NCBI GenBank assembly: GCA_964270895.1
Contig: OZ185440.1
Length of the DNA: 64,000 nt
Reading direction: 5' to 3' (one strand)
Origin: Podarcis filfolensis
Taxonomy: Eukaryota
The notes beneath the pieces were generated by a model that saw only the letters and a list, made by a program, of their open reading frames with translations, did no database searches and was not told the DNA's origin. Below are positions 12,023-25,270 of this stretch, one piece after another (the stretch's first letter is position 1; every line of letters begins with the position of its first letter). The translations under genes were made by a program, and so were the position numbers.

Positions 12023-14253
12023 AAAATATGCTGCAGTTCATGACAGCAAATTATTCAGATTATTCTTATTCAGGCACTGTTAAACTCTTCTTCCAGAACA
12101 GAGACAGACTGCTGGTCCTTACTACCATCGCCCCTGCTATAGGCCCTGCTATGGATCAGAAGGAGAACAACTGGCCTGTTTTGCAGTGCTCGCTGTTGCT
12201 CCATCACACACAGAGTGCTGCTGCTTTTCAATAATAGCCAGACCTAAACAATCCTCTCACATTGAGGAGGGTGAGCAATCCCAGCTTCCTCTTGGAGCCT
12301 TTCCACTTTTGTGTGGTCAAAGTCCAAAATAACCCTAGAAGGTCCCCCACTGGCTGCTATTTATAACTATAGTCCCATTAGTGTAACAATGCTGGTGTCT
12401 GAGACCTCCCTCCTAAAACAAACAGGCAGCCTCTGAGCAAACGGGAAATCCTGCTGGATCCCTGCTGCAGTCTGCATGGTTGGATGGGTAAACATGCAGG
12501 GTGATCTCGCTGTCCCCTTCCCACAGCACTGCAAGAGCATGAAGTGCTCCTTGGAGCTGCTTCTCTGTTCATCACCACTAGATGTGACCCAGAGCCACGA
12601 AAGGACAATCAATTCAATGCTCTTCAACTAATAGGGTTTCCGTCCCATCTTCTTCTGATGGCAATCTCTTCATTATTTTCCTTGTTTTGGCAGAAAAAAA
12701 TATGATTTTAAATTGCTTGTAAGAACCCCCCCCCCACATTCTCAGCTGTTTAAAAAAATTAAAATACGAAGCCAAGGTTTTGCCAAAAACTACAGTCCCG
12801 CATGCTGAACATCTGATTGCCAGCAGAGGGCGGCATAGAAACAAAACTAGTTACTAGATTAGTAACCCGTATGGGTGCCCATCGTTTGCTGGCCTAAGAT
12901 TGAAATGGACTTTTCAGATCACTTAATTTATGTGACACTGGGAGGGAGAGATTACAGAATCACTGTAGGAAAAAGGACCCATTTCAAGGGTACACTTGAA
13001 ATCATTTCATCCAGAGGGTTGCCAGAGTGACTTTAGCACTGTGAGTCAACCAGCACCCAAGATAACATCTGCTCCTTACAGAGGCACCTCCCGCAGAACC
13101 CACCAGGTACAGTTTTCTGTTTCTTCCCAACTTATGCCTGTTGAAGGAAACAAGAAGGCAGCTGAGAGTGTGGTGCCAAGCAACCAACCATACTACCCGG
13201 TCTGTGCCAAGTCTGAGTATGCCATTGTGCCAGGAGCTCCCACGCCCCCATATTTCAGCCAAGGCTGCAGGCTTCAAATGGCCCCTTTCAAGCTTTGTTT
13301 TTGGCAGCTGTGTTTGTGTTTGCTTGGCCTCCCTGCCTGTCCTTCCCTTCCCTTTGGCCCCTTGTAACTCAGCAGGGTTCATCTCCAGTGTTTACCCTCC
13401 TTGGCACGGCTGTTCTCTCCCCTGCAGCCCTTGGCTTGCTAACACTGCAAAGATGAAAAGGGCCAGCCACGTCCCTCTCCTGTGTGTGCAGACTCCCCTG
13501 GGCTCCAAATAAATGCTTCGTTCTAAGTGTTTGAAACTGAATATTTCCTGTCCTGAAAGCGGAGTAGAGGGGGGTTGGTACTTCAACACAGAAACCACAA
13601 GAGCAGCTCTGTGAAATCCCTTCACACATCACAGCCTTAGGTGGGTCTGTCTGGACAACAAGAACACACCTGCTGGCAGCCTGTGAAGAAGGAGGCATGG
13701 TGGTTGCATCACTGAGAACTGAGCAACTTTATCACTTACCCAGGAGGAACCTCTGCATGTATGAATGTGCCTAGAATTGTCTCAGGTTATATGAAGACAT
13801 TTGCAGGGCCAATGGGTCTGCAGCGGGACAATTTCCTGTCCCCAGTGGCTTTTTCATCCTTTCTGCTGTTAGATGTAGCCAAAATTGCTGCCAAATTAAG
13901 GTACAGGCACATTGTGTAGATGTCATAACAATAAAACATCTCTTCACAAAAGGCTGGAGGGGATACTTGTAGTAATGCCCCATACTGGAATAAAAAAATG
14001 AGTTTATTCCAGAAGCATTCCAGAGATGTCACCACCACTTTTGTGGGACAACTGTAGAATAAGCATTTTGAAATTTTACTGTGTGTATACAGTACAGACT
14101 GCTTTCTGAATACACATAGGATGCACCTGAGTATTCTTGGAATTTTAGACATTTAAATAATAATGCATGCTAAACGGGTAAGGCGTAATAATACAAAATA
14201 TGGCTGTATGGGAGACAGTGCATAGCTATGAAGTGGAAAGGGGTTTGCTGTAG

Positions 14254-14750
14254 TTGTTTTCTAACCAATATCTATATAAAGAGGATTCTTCACAAAACCA
14301 AGATACAACCAATAATTATCTTACTCTGCTCTTATTAGCTGCAGCTAAATTAGTGATAGCAACATATTGGAAGTCTCTAGATACAAACCTTTTTGAAGCT
14401 TGGTTCTCGGAAGTATGGGACATCACCCTTATGGCAAAGTTAACCATTTTACAAAAGGAACGACACACCAGGGTGAAAGTGAACACCTTCTATTCAATAT
14501 GGTATGCTTGCATTGACTTTGTAAAATCAATTGAGTATGGTTTCCCTCCACCATCATCACATGGAACACTATGGAGAAACACCTTTATTTGACTGCCTAT
14601 ATTAGAATATAAGTGACTACAAATTTCAGCTGATACTTATTTTCTTCATTAACTAAGCTCTGTATTCTGTCTAGATAACTGTTTATCCTTTTTATGTTCA
14701 GTACTCAGCTCAGAAAATCAATAAAATATATTTTTAGCAAATGGAAAAAA
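14254..14750 (+). mobile_element. L1-type LINE 3' fragment (older)
   Basis: ORF LLLLAAAKLVIATYWKS...AWFSEVWDITLMAKLT...FYSIW resembles the L1 ORF2 C-terminus, followed by AATAAA and an A-rich end. Confidence 0.65.
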
Positions 14751-17009
14751 GAAGAAAGGATTCCTATATGCAAATTAAGGCGTAGGCTGCACTACTTTTT
14801 TTTTATCCAGTATGGTGCATGACGGGACTTCACAAACATGCACAACTACGCCAAGCGAATGCACATTGAGCTGTGGCTCCTTGTTGAAGCAATACCCAAG
14901 AATCTATATTGCAAATCAGGGCAAATATGTCATCACACCACTTGGGTCTGAATGACTGTATTGACAGTGTCCCGGCTTCTCTAATTTTAAGGTGCAAATA
15001 TTTTACAGCTTGCTTCCCCCCCCCCACTTCCTGCCACTTCTACACAAACTCAAAGAAGCAGTGCTGCAGACACTCTTACTGTGTTTGCCCCTCTGTGGGC
15101 ATCTGTGAGTTATAGTAGGTGTGGAGATGCTCCCCAATACCACAGTAATCTGCCATGTTTACACAGAGCCTGAAAGGATAAGGGCAACATGCTCCAGGAT
15201 GCAAACAGATTCGTAGGTGCTTTGCATGGAAGCAATCTGATAGCCAATGCTTTGTGACAACATACCCTTAATTTTCAGCAACAAAGGCTGCTTTCCAGCC
15301 AAACAGCAAAGCAAAGCAATTTCACTCTCGCTCTCTCACATTTCATAAACGTGTGTCTGACCTAACAAATCTACCCAAATCATTTACTCTGAAACGCCCC
15401 AGAATAAATGAGCAGCCCTCTCCCCATACCAGAGACCTGTTGCCTGACAGGCTGCGAAGAAGCCTAGTGGCAGAAACATAATAGAAATGCTGACACAGCC
15501 TCAGGGTCTGTAATCAAGCTCTTGAAGGTTCTGTGGGGATTATTCTTCCCTTGGTGATGGGCCTGCTGTTATTCCTGGGCTGATAGCAGGTATCTGCCCT
15601 GACAAGCTGCCTCTCCCTCCAGCTCAGAAAACAATCATTCTAAGGAAGGTCCACATTAGCTTTGGAGCAACCAAATGATGCTTCTGCACCCAGAAACATT
15701 GCCAGCTCATGGCTGTAAGGAGGCACTCATATACAGTTTGCTTGTTTGTTTTTATTCTAAGCATTTAGATCCAACCCTTTAATGACGTTTTCCCCTAGGG
15801 ATCTGACAAACTTGCCCAAACATCCAGCCCCTATAAGGCAAGCTGAATTGTTCAGGCTACTGATATCAGCTCAAGTTTCTTCTGAGTTCTCTTGTACCTT
15901 CTTCTTTTGGCAATTTCTTGTTTGGCACCAAAGAGGACACCGAACTTCTTGTGCACAGCAGTCACTGTCTCCCGAGGATGATAATTACATGACAATTAAG
16001 AGGAATTTGTTCAGGTGTCAAAATAATGCATCCAAAAGAGCACAGGGATGCAGACTCAGGGGGAGATCAAATTTAGCCGATGTAAAGCTGTGCAAGATAG
16101 ATTGCTAGTCAAAACAAATTAGTTATCGCATAGTACACTTAAATACCATTGCATACTGATGTATCAAGTGGGAAGGAACCACAAAGGCTCTCTAAGGCAG
16201 AAACTCGTAGAAACTGAAGACAGAAAAGTGACGTTGCTTCTGTAACTTCCCTAGACAACTTATATCACAGTCTGGTCATGCTTTCTGTTAGAAGTTCAGA
16301 ATAGATTTATGCAACTATGGGCACATCCACACTTCTGTTTGGTCCATGTTTTATTCTGTTTCATGTTTTCTAGGCACGGGGGTTTTTTTGTTCATCCCGC
16401 TGGACACAAGTACACACCTCAACAAATGTCTTACTTTAGTTTTTTCTGCCTTTTAAGTGCCACCCCTTTCCCCTCTTTTCTTCATATGGGCAATGGCAGT
16501 TAATACTACCAAAAGCAAGGCAGGAGACAAGGGTCAGCGGGAAAGGGGCAAATGCAGAATACGCAAAAACAGTGTTTGACTGACCTTGCCTGGCCTTGAG
16601 TACATCATAAAATCCAAAGAGAGAAATGGACACAAAAGCCTTGAACAGTAACCTCAGTAACCCTAACCCTAAAACAGGATCTTCCATACATTAAGTCTGT
16701 ATCACTCAGATTTCAGCCTACCACAACCATATAATTAAAGTACCAGCAGAGAACTTATCCCTAGACAGCACAAGCCAATGAGAAAATCCACTGCTTGGAT
16801 TACAGTGGGTGAGACTGGGCCCAGCCCCCTTAACTTTTGTGATGTCCTTCTTAGCTACAGATTTAGAAGACTGCAGGGGAAACACATTGTGATTTGGCTA
16901 AAATTGGTGGAAGCAGGGAGTGGGGCTTGTGGATTTCACTAAAGACCCCTTACTCTTTCCCCCATAATATGACATCTTAAAAATGGGATTCTGGTACCCA
17001 CCCAATTCC

Positions 17010-17463
17010 TGTAACTGATTTACAACAACTCTCGTCGTGCTCCAGATGCAGATGCACACACGCCTCTAGCCACTAAGCAACTGTCCCACACAATTCTATA
17101 CCCTGTGGATCAGTTGCGGCAACAGTGAGACCCCTCCTCCCTGCCAGCTTATATACCCTCCCCTGACAGGTTGTGCACCCACAACCTGAGACGCCTCCTG
17201 CACAGAAGTTGTCACTGTTCGAGGAGACAGTGGGGCAGAGGAAGGTGAGGAGTCTACTGACCCGTCTGTCTCCTGAACAGTCTCTTCCTCCATGTGCTTT
17301 CCTCCATCTTGGACTGCCCTGACTCTCCCCCTCCTCCCCCTGCCCTGGGTCCTGCCTTGTGGGCAGCGTCAAACCTCATATGTCACTGGTCTCCTTTCCT
17401 GGGTCACTCCCCTTGACCGCTGCCTCCACCACACACACTTCGGAGCCCTGCCAGTCCCTGACA
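17010..17463 (-). mobile_element. Possible solo LTR abutting the CR1
   Basis: The minus strand starts TGTCAGGGAC, is purine-rich, contains a TATATAAG TATA-like box and ends ...TTACA. No matching TSD was found. Confidence 0.4.
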
Positions 17464-17464
17464 A

Positions 17465-17885
17465 GACGATAAAGCGTCTAGAAGCCATGTTTTATGAGGA
17501 ACAATTGAGGGAGTTGGGTATGTTTAGCCTGGATAAGAGGAGAGTAAGAGGAGATAACAATATTCAGATGTCTAAAGGGCTGTCACATGGAAGATGGGGA
17601 AAGCTTGTTTTCTCCTGCTCTTGAGGGTAGGACTCAAGGCATTGGTTTCAAGTTACAAAAAAGGAAATTCAGACTAAACATCAGGAAGAATTCTCTGACA
17701 GTAAGAGCTGTTCAACAGTGGAACCAACTCCATCAGAAGGTGGTGTACTCTTTTTTATTGGATGTTTTTAAGCAGAGGTTCATTGGCCATCTGCCATGGA
17801 TGCTTTAGCTAAGATTCTTGCATTGCAGGGGGTGGGACTAAATGACCCTCAGGTTCCCTTCAAACTCTATACTTCTATGCTTCTA
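17465..17885 (+). mobile_element. CR1 LINE 3' fragment
   Basis: Degenerate ORF2 C-terminus IKRLEAMFYEEQLRELGMFSLDKRRVRGD, a CR1 3' UTR and a (TTCTATG)-type tail. Confidence 0.9.
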
Positions 17886-20111
17886 AATTCTCAAACAGAA
17901 CGACCCCCTCACCCCCCAAAAAAGAAAGCTTAGCCATTTGTTTAACTGCTTATTGAACCGTGTATGAAAAACTGCCTACTAATTTGGAGCATTTTAGGAA
18001 TCACATCTTTTGTTTCCTCACGTCCTGAAAAAACATCTACTACAACATTTAAATAGCCAGGACCTTAGGGAGGATGGATCTAAGCATTACAATACACACA
18101 GCGCTACTTCTGAAAATGGCAGGTTCCCCTTTTGACAATGCCTAGTACAACTTACTGTGTGTCTTGCCACAAGTGTGGTGGAGAATCACACCGTTTAATG
18201 ATGTCAGGATACAGGGTGAGTTGAACTAGAGGTTGGAGAGAAGGGGGAGTTTAACTGAAGGCTTAGTTCCACCCTAGTTTAAAGCTTAGTTCCATGCTCA
18301 CTGAGACTTATGTAGAGATAAGGAAGAGCACAAGTTTGTCAGGATTACAGTCACAGGTATGGTACCCAGTGAGTTCAGACAGCAGAGGTCTGTGCTCCTG
18401 CTGAACAGTGCCAACTCCATGGCCCCTCCAGCCCAATATTCCATGTCCAGGGGTGGTCAGCGCTCTGTTTCTGCCACAAGGAGCTGAGTCTCCAGCTCCC
18501 GATTCTAAGCCCACAGCTGCCCATCCTCAGCAAGAGGAAGATGGATTGAGCTGGGCAATAATTTAAGAAACTGAGCGAGTCTGTACATCCAATCACTTTA
18601 CAAATCAGGAGAAAGGGAGAGAGGAGGAAGGGGGGAAGGGGAAAGAAGTGAAAAGGCCGTGCAGGGAAATGCATCACAATTACTGTCTAGTCTCTAATGA
18701 GGGGCCTGTCAGGAGGCTGTCATCCTGCGGAAAGCCACCTACTCAGAGAGATTCAATAAAAAAGTAGCAGAGAGATAAAAAAGAGATATATTTCAACCCC
18801 TGCTAATATTCTTTTCATTTGTCCCAGCACAAAATAAGATACTGCACTTAACCAGCTCGGTTAAAATGAAAGGGGGGGAGGGGGCTGCGTTGATCAATAC
18901 CGCTAAAAGCTGGGCGACACAGTGATGGAGTGCAATTTTTTTGTCTGTGCTGAAGCCTAGTAGAGGCCCAGGCTGTGTAATTTATGATTCGCACGCACGC
19001 CAGCTAACTAGAGGCTGACAAGACAATGAATTCTCGATGAGAAGGAAGAAAGAAAGAAGACACCGTGGCAGAGATCTGAAAGAAAGAGCCACACACACCA
19101 GCCTGTCTTTCCTGAGCTCTTCATTCCCTAAGCCCACCTGGGCAGCCAGCTCCATGAGCAATGGAGGGAAAGTGTTGCCCTCATCCCAGCAGAGAAAGAA
19201 TGGAAAACTGGTAACAAGCCTAGATTCACTGACACTAAACTTTCCACACTTGTCACCTCATTCTATGTCATTTCCCATGGACAATCTGAAGAAATCCAAG
19301 CTTCAAAGGAAGGCAGATATGGTCAGCATATATAGAGACCTTTGCCTAGTGTCTGGGGCAAGGGCTATGAATAATGCTAAATTTACATATTGACTGGCTT
19401 GTATAGGTGCTTCACTTGATGATATGATGACCTCCTATGTATAACTTTCCTTGTATTTCCTTTAACTGTTCCCTCCCCTTTCCAGGCTTCACTTTCCTTT
19501 TACTAGGTTACTGGTGCATTTATGTTAGTATTGTGGAAGATGTTATAAGCTTATTCAATAAAACAATAATTAAAGGGGGTGGGGGGAAGCTTTAAAGGAA
19601 GCCACCAGACCACTCTTTCCATGCTGGGGAGCAGCCTGTTCATGAGAAAGTTTGACTTTAGTTCTAAATCATTAGATGCTGCTTTGATCCTTGGTCTCAC
19701 ACTCAGTTTCTAACACCTGACTGAGTCATAATGGATCACCACACATAACTTTTATATGCATGGCCCAGTCACTTATTTTTTTTATTCAAGCTAATGATCA
19801 CTTTGCAAGAGGTACTCAAAAATAAGAACAATGATAAATACATCGACAGATGAAATGAAACACCAGCTTCCTTCCTAAGCAGCCTGAACTGTTTCTGATG
19901 GTGTAACATGGAGTTTTGCTTTTGTAAGAGAGATTCTGCCCTGACAAAGGGGTGGGTACATAAGCACGGTCTTTGGTACAGCTGGCTACTAGATGATTCA
20001 CAGAAACTGCAGCAAGACAAATACAAGAGAATTCAGAGTAATAATGATGATCAATTGCCATGAGAACTAGGTGAGGTTATGGGAGCAAGAACTGGGTGAG
20101 GATTCCTCTAC

Positions 20112-20250
20112 AGTGGGGATGGGGGACCTGTGACTCTCCAGATATTGTTGGATTACAACTCTAATCAGCCCTGGCCACTGGCACTGCTGGCTAAGGATGA
20201 TGGGAGTTGTAGTCCAACAACATCTGGGGATCCAGGGTTGGGAAATGCTG
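20112..20250. mobile_element. ~135-bp palindromic hAT-like MITE
   Basis: Same family: CCAGATATTGTTGGATTACAACTC...GGGAGTTGTAGTCCAACAACATCTGG. Confidence 0.75.
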
Positions 20251-22079
20251 CTCCAGAACACTGGTAATCAATTGGCCTTGCTCTGCTTGGCTGCTATGTG
20301 CATTACTAAGCTTGTAGGATTTAGTAGACAGTTGTTACAGTTCCTTTGTATGAAGTTAGAAGTTTTCTGCTACTAGGCAAAGGAGTGATCATAAAAAGAG
20401 CAACTGCCAGATTTGATCAAATGACTTGTCTATCTTCTTCAAGATCCTGTCTCTTAGAGTAAGCAGTGTCAAACTGCATCAGAGAACAGTATACATGGAT
20501 TGGAGCAATCTTAAAAGAATCCATTTTACATAATTCACTTTGTGTTTATGTCAGAGATTTAGGAGCTCTTGAAGCACGAGGCTCAACTGTTAGTCAGTTC
20601 TTTGACCTCCTCCATGCACTTGCTGATTTAGAGTTTGTGAGTGCATCATATACATATTTTTTGGGGAAGGGGGGTGTTTGTGTGTGAGAGTCTGTATGTT
20701 TGTGCGTGCTTGTTTTTGAAACTGTCTTCCATCCCTAAGGGAATTGTGGCCTCTATCAATGGGTGTCAGTCAGAGGAGGGGAAACTCAGGCCTCTCTATC
20801 TAACCCACAAAACTCTCTCCAGGACACATCCTTCACTGGCCCTGCTTTGCACCAGGAGCGTTTTTTGTCTGGCTTGGAGGGATCCTTGAACTTTGATAAT
20901 GCCTCCTGCTACCGTATAAAGGCAAAATTTACATTTGCTGCCTGGCCTCTCCCAACACTGCCATGTGGTCCTCAGAAGGTTGCCCAGAAGGAAATGTGGT
21001 CGTTGGGCTGAAAAAAGTTTCCTACCCCTGGCCAAAGTAGATCAGACCTCCCACCTCTTTAAATTTCAGCAAACGGAAGCTGCAGTGGGAAGAGATGGAT
21101 TTTGGATTGGACCCATGGGCTTAACCCTTTTCCCCAGCACAGTTTTTCTGATTAAAATTTCCCCTAGCCCCATTGAAAGAAATGTATGTGGACAAGCTAT
21201 TTTCTTCTTCATATTTACCGTTCATACTTGTTTTAATTTAATTCCCCCTCCTCCAAATATTTTCCTTTACTTGTACACAACTTTGAGCATCTTTTGGTGT
21301 AGGAAAGGGCATATATTTCAATTAAAAGAAAAGGGAGATCCGATCACAGATTCTGTACTCTCATGTTTAGGGTAAATGTGTAGTAAGACCAATCCATATC
21401 TTTTGTTGTCAGTGGATGCTGGATGTTGAGCCGAAGCTGGAAGGTTCATGGGTGTGGTCTCTGGTGCAGCAAAGATTTTTCTAGCATCTTATTCAGAAGA
21501 TTTATGGGAGTATTGGCAAGAGGGACAGTTAAATACATAAGTTCTGCCTGTGTCCTCAGAAGCTAACCGAGATCAGGGTCAAGTATAGGAAGGGAGCGCA
21601 GATGTGGGCAACAATCAGATGGATCAAGCCACTGAAACAGCAGCAGCTGGTGTGGGACCAATATCTTCATGAGCATATGCTTTTATTTTAGCATTTACAC
21701 TTCCTCAGCTTGCATAGAACATTTGTTGCAAATCTCTGGCTCTCCTGATTATGTAAATAAGCTTAAAAGTACCACTAACTCAAATGTTAAAGGAAGGCAA
21801 AAATGGATGACTATGCAATGACCATGGATTTTAATGTAGCCTTCTGCTTGTGAGGGGAACCTCCCCACTCACCCCTCCTGACTTGAATAGTTTGACTAGG
21901 TAGGGCTTATGGTGCAAAGACAGGTGTTATAAGAGCTAATTGTATGTTGTACAATAGTAGCATAGGACTCCTCAAACACCATGCCAGAAATTACTTTCTC
22001 TTGGTTAAGGAGAGTCCTGTTGGATCCCAGCAAAGGTCGTTCTATCCAAACATTCTGTTTCTACATGATAGCCAACTAG

Positions 22080-22580
22080 ATGCTTCTAAGAAGCCAATAG
22101 CCAGGGCAGGAAAACAACGGCCCACAACTGCTGCTGATCCCTAGCAAATGGTACTCAGAGGTATACTACCTCTGATTTTGGAGGTAAGACAACCATTATG
22201 ACTGGTGGGCATTTATATAGCTTTATCCTCCATGAATTAGTGGCCATCACATCTGGCAGCAATGACTTCATTGTATGAAGAAGTTCTTTATTTTGTCTAT
22301 CTTGAGTCTACTGCCAATCAATTTCATTTGATAATCTTGAAGTCAGCAGTATACCTAATATTATAAATCTCTATCGTCTCCCCATCATCATCTCCCCTCC
22401 CCCCAAACTAGGAAGTCCCACACTTACACCTTTCCTGGTGAGATGATGCTTCAATCCCTTGGTCACTATGGTTGCCCCGTTCTATATCTTTTCCAACTCT
22501 ACAGCATCCTCTTTGAAATAGGGTGACCACAACTGTACACAGTATTCCAGATGGGACCACACTATAGATCTGGAAAAGGC
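22080..22580 (-). mobile_element. CR1 LINE 3' fragment (old)
   Basis: The minus strand reads VWSHLEYCVQLWSPYFKEDAVELEK, the CR1 RPHLEYCVQFWSP motif, followed by a degenerate 3' UTR. Confidence 0.85.
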
Positions 22581-23789
22581 AAACTCATCTCCTCTTTAAC
22601 TTGTGTTCAAATGTAGGGTTTACAAATATATTTGGTCTCACTCTTACTAGTCTATTGGCCCTTGAGTATTCTGTATACACAAGGCATGCTAAAACTCCAA
22701 GTATCTCTATGGTCAGGGGTCTATCTAAAAAAGCAACACCTATTGGCCAAAGTTACTGAATCATGTTTTTCTAGTCAATGATGGCATAAATTTTCACACT
22801 ATTTAAAGAAGTGGAAACTAAAATATCCTATGCACAGTCTATCTCTAACTGTTTTAGAGGAACAACAATAGTGGAGCAACTGGAGGAACTAACTAGCTCC
22901 CTCTAGTTCTAAATGTGCGTTTCAAGCTTTTGAACTAAAATATATAGATCTGACAAGTAAGGAATGAAAAGCTCATGAATGGTCAACATGGCTTACATCC
23001 TCTGAAAAGGAGAAAGCATTATAAAGACTACATGGACTAGCAGTCTGGAGGAAACAGAATCAAGATCACTTTGTAGCCCAATGCCACCACCAGACAGGAT
23101 GAGAGGCACATAGGGTACCTCAAGACAAAAACCCAAAACCTGTGTAGTGGCTACAATTCTACATGCTCATTTCTAGAATGGATGTGACACAAATGGGTGA
23201 CAGCCTACAGCTCTGTAGTTTTCCAGCTACAGAGTATACACAATCCCTATTCCTTCCTGGTTTGCACTCCATCTCTAATACCAATAGAACCGGGTGTTTC
23301 AGAGGGCAGCACCAACCAGTCCCCAATATAATGATTCCCAGTTCCACCAGAGTTTCTATTTTTCCCTTAGCTGGGGATATTTATAGACTTGTGGAAGGCT
23401 ATATACCCTTATGTTTGTAGCATTAAATGTTCTAACACAGTGTTCCCTGCATAAAGTTCATGCAAAGAACATCGTGAGATAGGAGCCACTTATTATTATT
23501 ATTTTTTAGTTCCATTTCTTTGTAGGTGTGACACTCAGGAACCATCTTGCACAAGGCAGCAGCTCCAGTTCTTTCCCACAAGACATCCTTGTAGGCAGCA
23601 CTTGTCCTTGACTTAGAGGGCAACTTGCTAGGTTGGTGATATACTGAGATGCCTATAATTTGAAGCAGTGACGGGGCAGAGCCCTCCACTCTTTCTTCTC
23701 CATTCCTTTCCCGCAGCATTGCCCTCCCTCCTCCCACTAGCTTGGTGAGACAAGGGGGAGGGGAAAGCACACATACTGAAAACACAGAT

Positions 23790-24260
23790 ATTGAACTGTC
23801 AAAACTATTTCCTACAAGAAAATAGATTCATCAGCTTGCAGCAGGCAGGGTCAACGCCACATATCCCTCTCGCGTCGGCATCCGCTCATGCCGGCGCATA
23901 CCCAATGCTTCTTCGCAGTGCCGGCACTTTAGCTTGTAGCTCAGGGCCCCTAAGTGACTTTGAGAAATGGATAATCGATTATAATTCCAGAGGCCTCTCT
24001 GCAGATTTATCCGGAGAATGTAGAAAAGGCAGAGCTCAAGAGAAGGTAGGTCCTTCTGGCCGGCACGTCAATTGCTCGCACTCTCTCTCCAGCTTGGAAA
24101 ATCGCATCCTGAGCACGACTCCGTTTAATCCATCAGTACACAATCAATGCACTCTGTAATCAACTCTTGATCACTTAATTTTACACATGTTGGCTGAATC
24201 CCTTTGTTTAATCACAAGATCAGGCCACATCGCCACGCTGCCCCCTCTTGCACCACCAAA
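23790..24260. promoter_or_regulatory. CpG-rich putative conserved element
   Basis: High CpG density, the palindromes ATAATCGATTAT (23971-23982) and GTGCCGGCAC, and no TE hallmarks. Confidence 0.5.
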
Positions 24261-24540
24261 CACAACCAGGCGCCTTCATTTCACCTTGAGGAAGACCTCA
24301 GTGAATTTAGAAAGCTCACAGACAGGGCAGGAGCAGGGGGCAGCACAGTAGGGAACCAAATTTAAAAAAAAGAAGAGGGGTGAAGCAGCGAGGAAGGAAG
24401 GAAAGAAAGAAGCCAACAAACAAGGAAGGAAGGATTTAAGCTCAATTGCTCCGAATATTTTGTCTTCTCTGAAACAAAATCCGTTTAATTTGTCTTGCTG
24501 TTTCTCCAAAATCCCCAGAGCACTATATATTTCCCCTGCC

Positions 24541-24685
24541 ATTTTATTTTCTCAATAACTCTGTGAAGTAAGCTAAGTGGACAAATAGTGAGTGGCCCAA
24601 TTTCACCCAGTTAGCTTCACAGCTCAGCTGGGCTTGGATTCTGGGTCTCCCTGGTCCTAGTTAGTCACTTTAACCACTGCAGCAC
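24541..24685 (-). mobile_element. MIR/Ther1-like CORE SINE (degenerate)
   Basis: Reverse-complement similarity to the 11808 copy (taaccactgcagcac head end, core, gagaaaataaaatg). Confidence 0.65.
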
Positions 24686-25142
24686 ATTTTAAATCTCCTA
24701 AATGCCCTGACAAACTTTCCTCTGCCTCAATCATACTATAATATGGAAAATATAAATAACTATGTTATAAAAATATTTTTTTAAAACTGCACTGGATCAC
24801 CCTGCCTCAGAGCTGTACTGAAAGAATACCCAGGATGAGATTATGCAAGTATGAGCAACCTTAATTTTACCTTCTCCTTTATAAATGAATGGTTGGATAT
24901 TACTAAAACACTGAATGCTTCTGTGGTAAGAACAAAACCTTTTCTCTACACCTGACAGTAGCTGACCGCTCTCCATTCCACAGACAGGGAGCCAGAGGAA
25001 GAGCATTGCATCTCAACAGAGACACACTGGATTCCCCAGTGGTCCTTATAATATTCAAGCACTGTGTCTACTTTCCCTCTCCCTCTCTTCTCACCCCCTA
25101 TTGTAGTGATGGGCATTTTTCTTATTAATAAAACTGGGATAC

Positions 25143-25270
25143 CTCAATCAGTAGAGAACGAATGCTGTGGGTTCAAGCCCCACATTGAGCAAAAGGTTCC
25201 TGCATCGCAGGTGACTGGGCTAGAGGATCCTCGTGGTCCCTTTCAACTCTACAATTCTGTGGTTCTATGT
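25143..25270 (+). mobile_element. tRNA-Lys-derived SINE with CR1-type tail (degenerate head)
   Basis: GTGGGTTCAAGCCCCACATTGAGCAAAAGGTTCCTGCAT...GTGGTCCCTTTCAACTCTACAATTCTGTG. Confidence 0.75.

Noticed and set aside
13787-14152. 121-aa minus ORF as an inverted (twin-primed) 5' part of the L1 at 14254
   Set aside because: The FYSCP...FW resemblance to an L1 motif is weak, a plus-strand reading is equally plausible, and no TSD was found.
19260-19590. Possible L1 3' end
   Set aside because: There is only an AATAAA and vague peptide similarity, with no TSD or diagnostic motif.
24276-24542. 88-aa minus ORF with strong Kozak as an RNF220 coding exon
   Set aside because: The ATG comes from a SINE end, the peptide is low-complexity (CT-rich), and the phase-0 donor is incompatible with the phase-1 acceptor.
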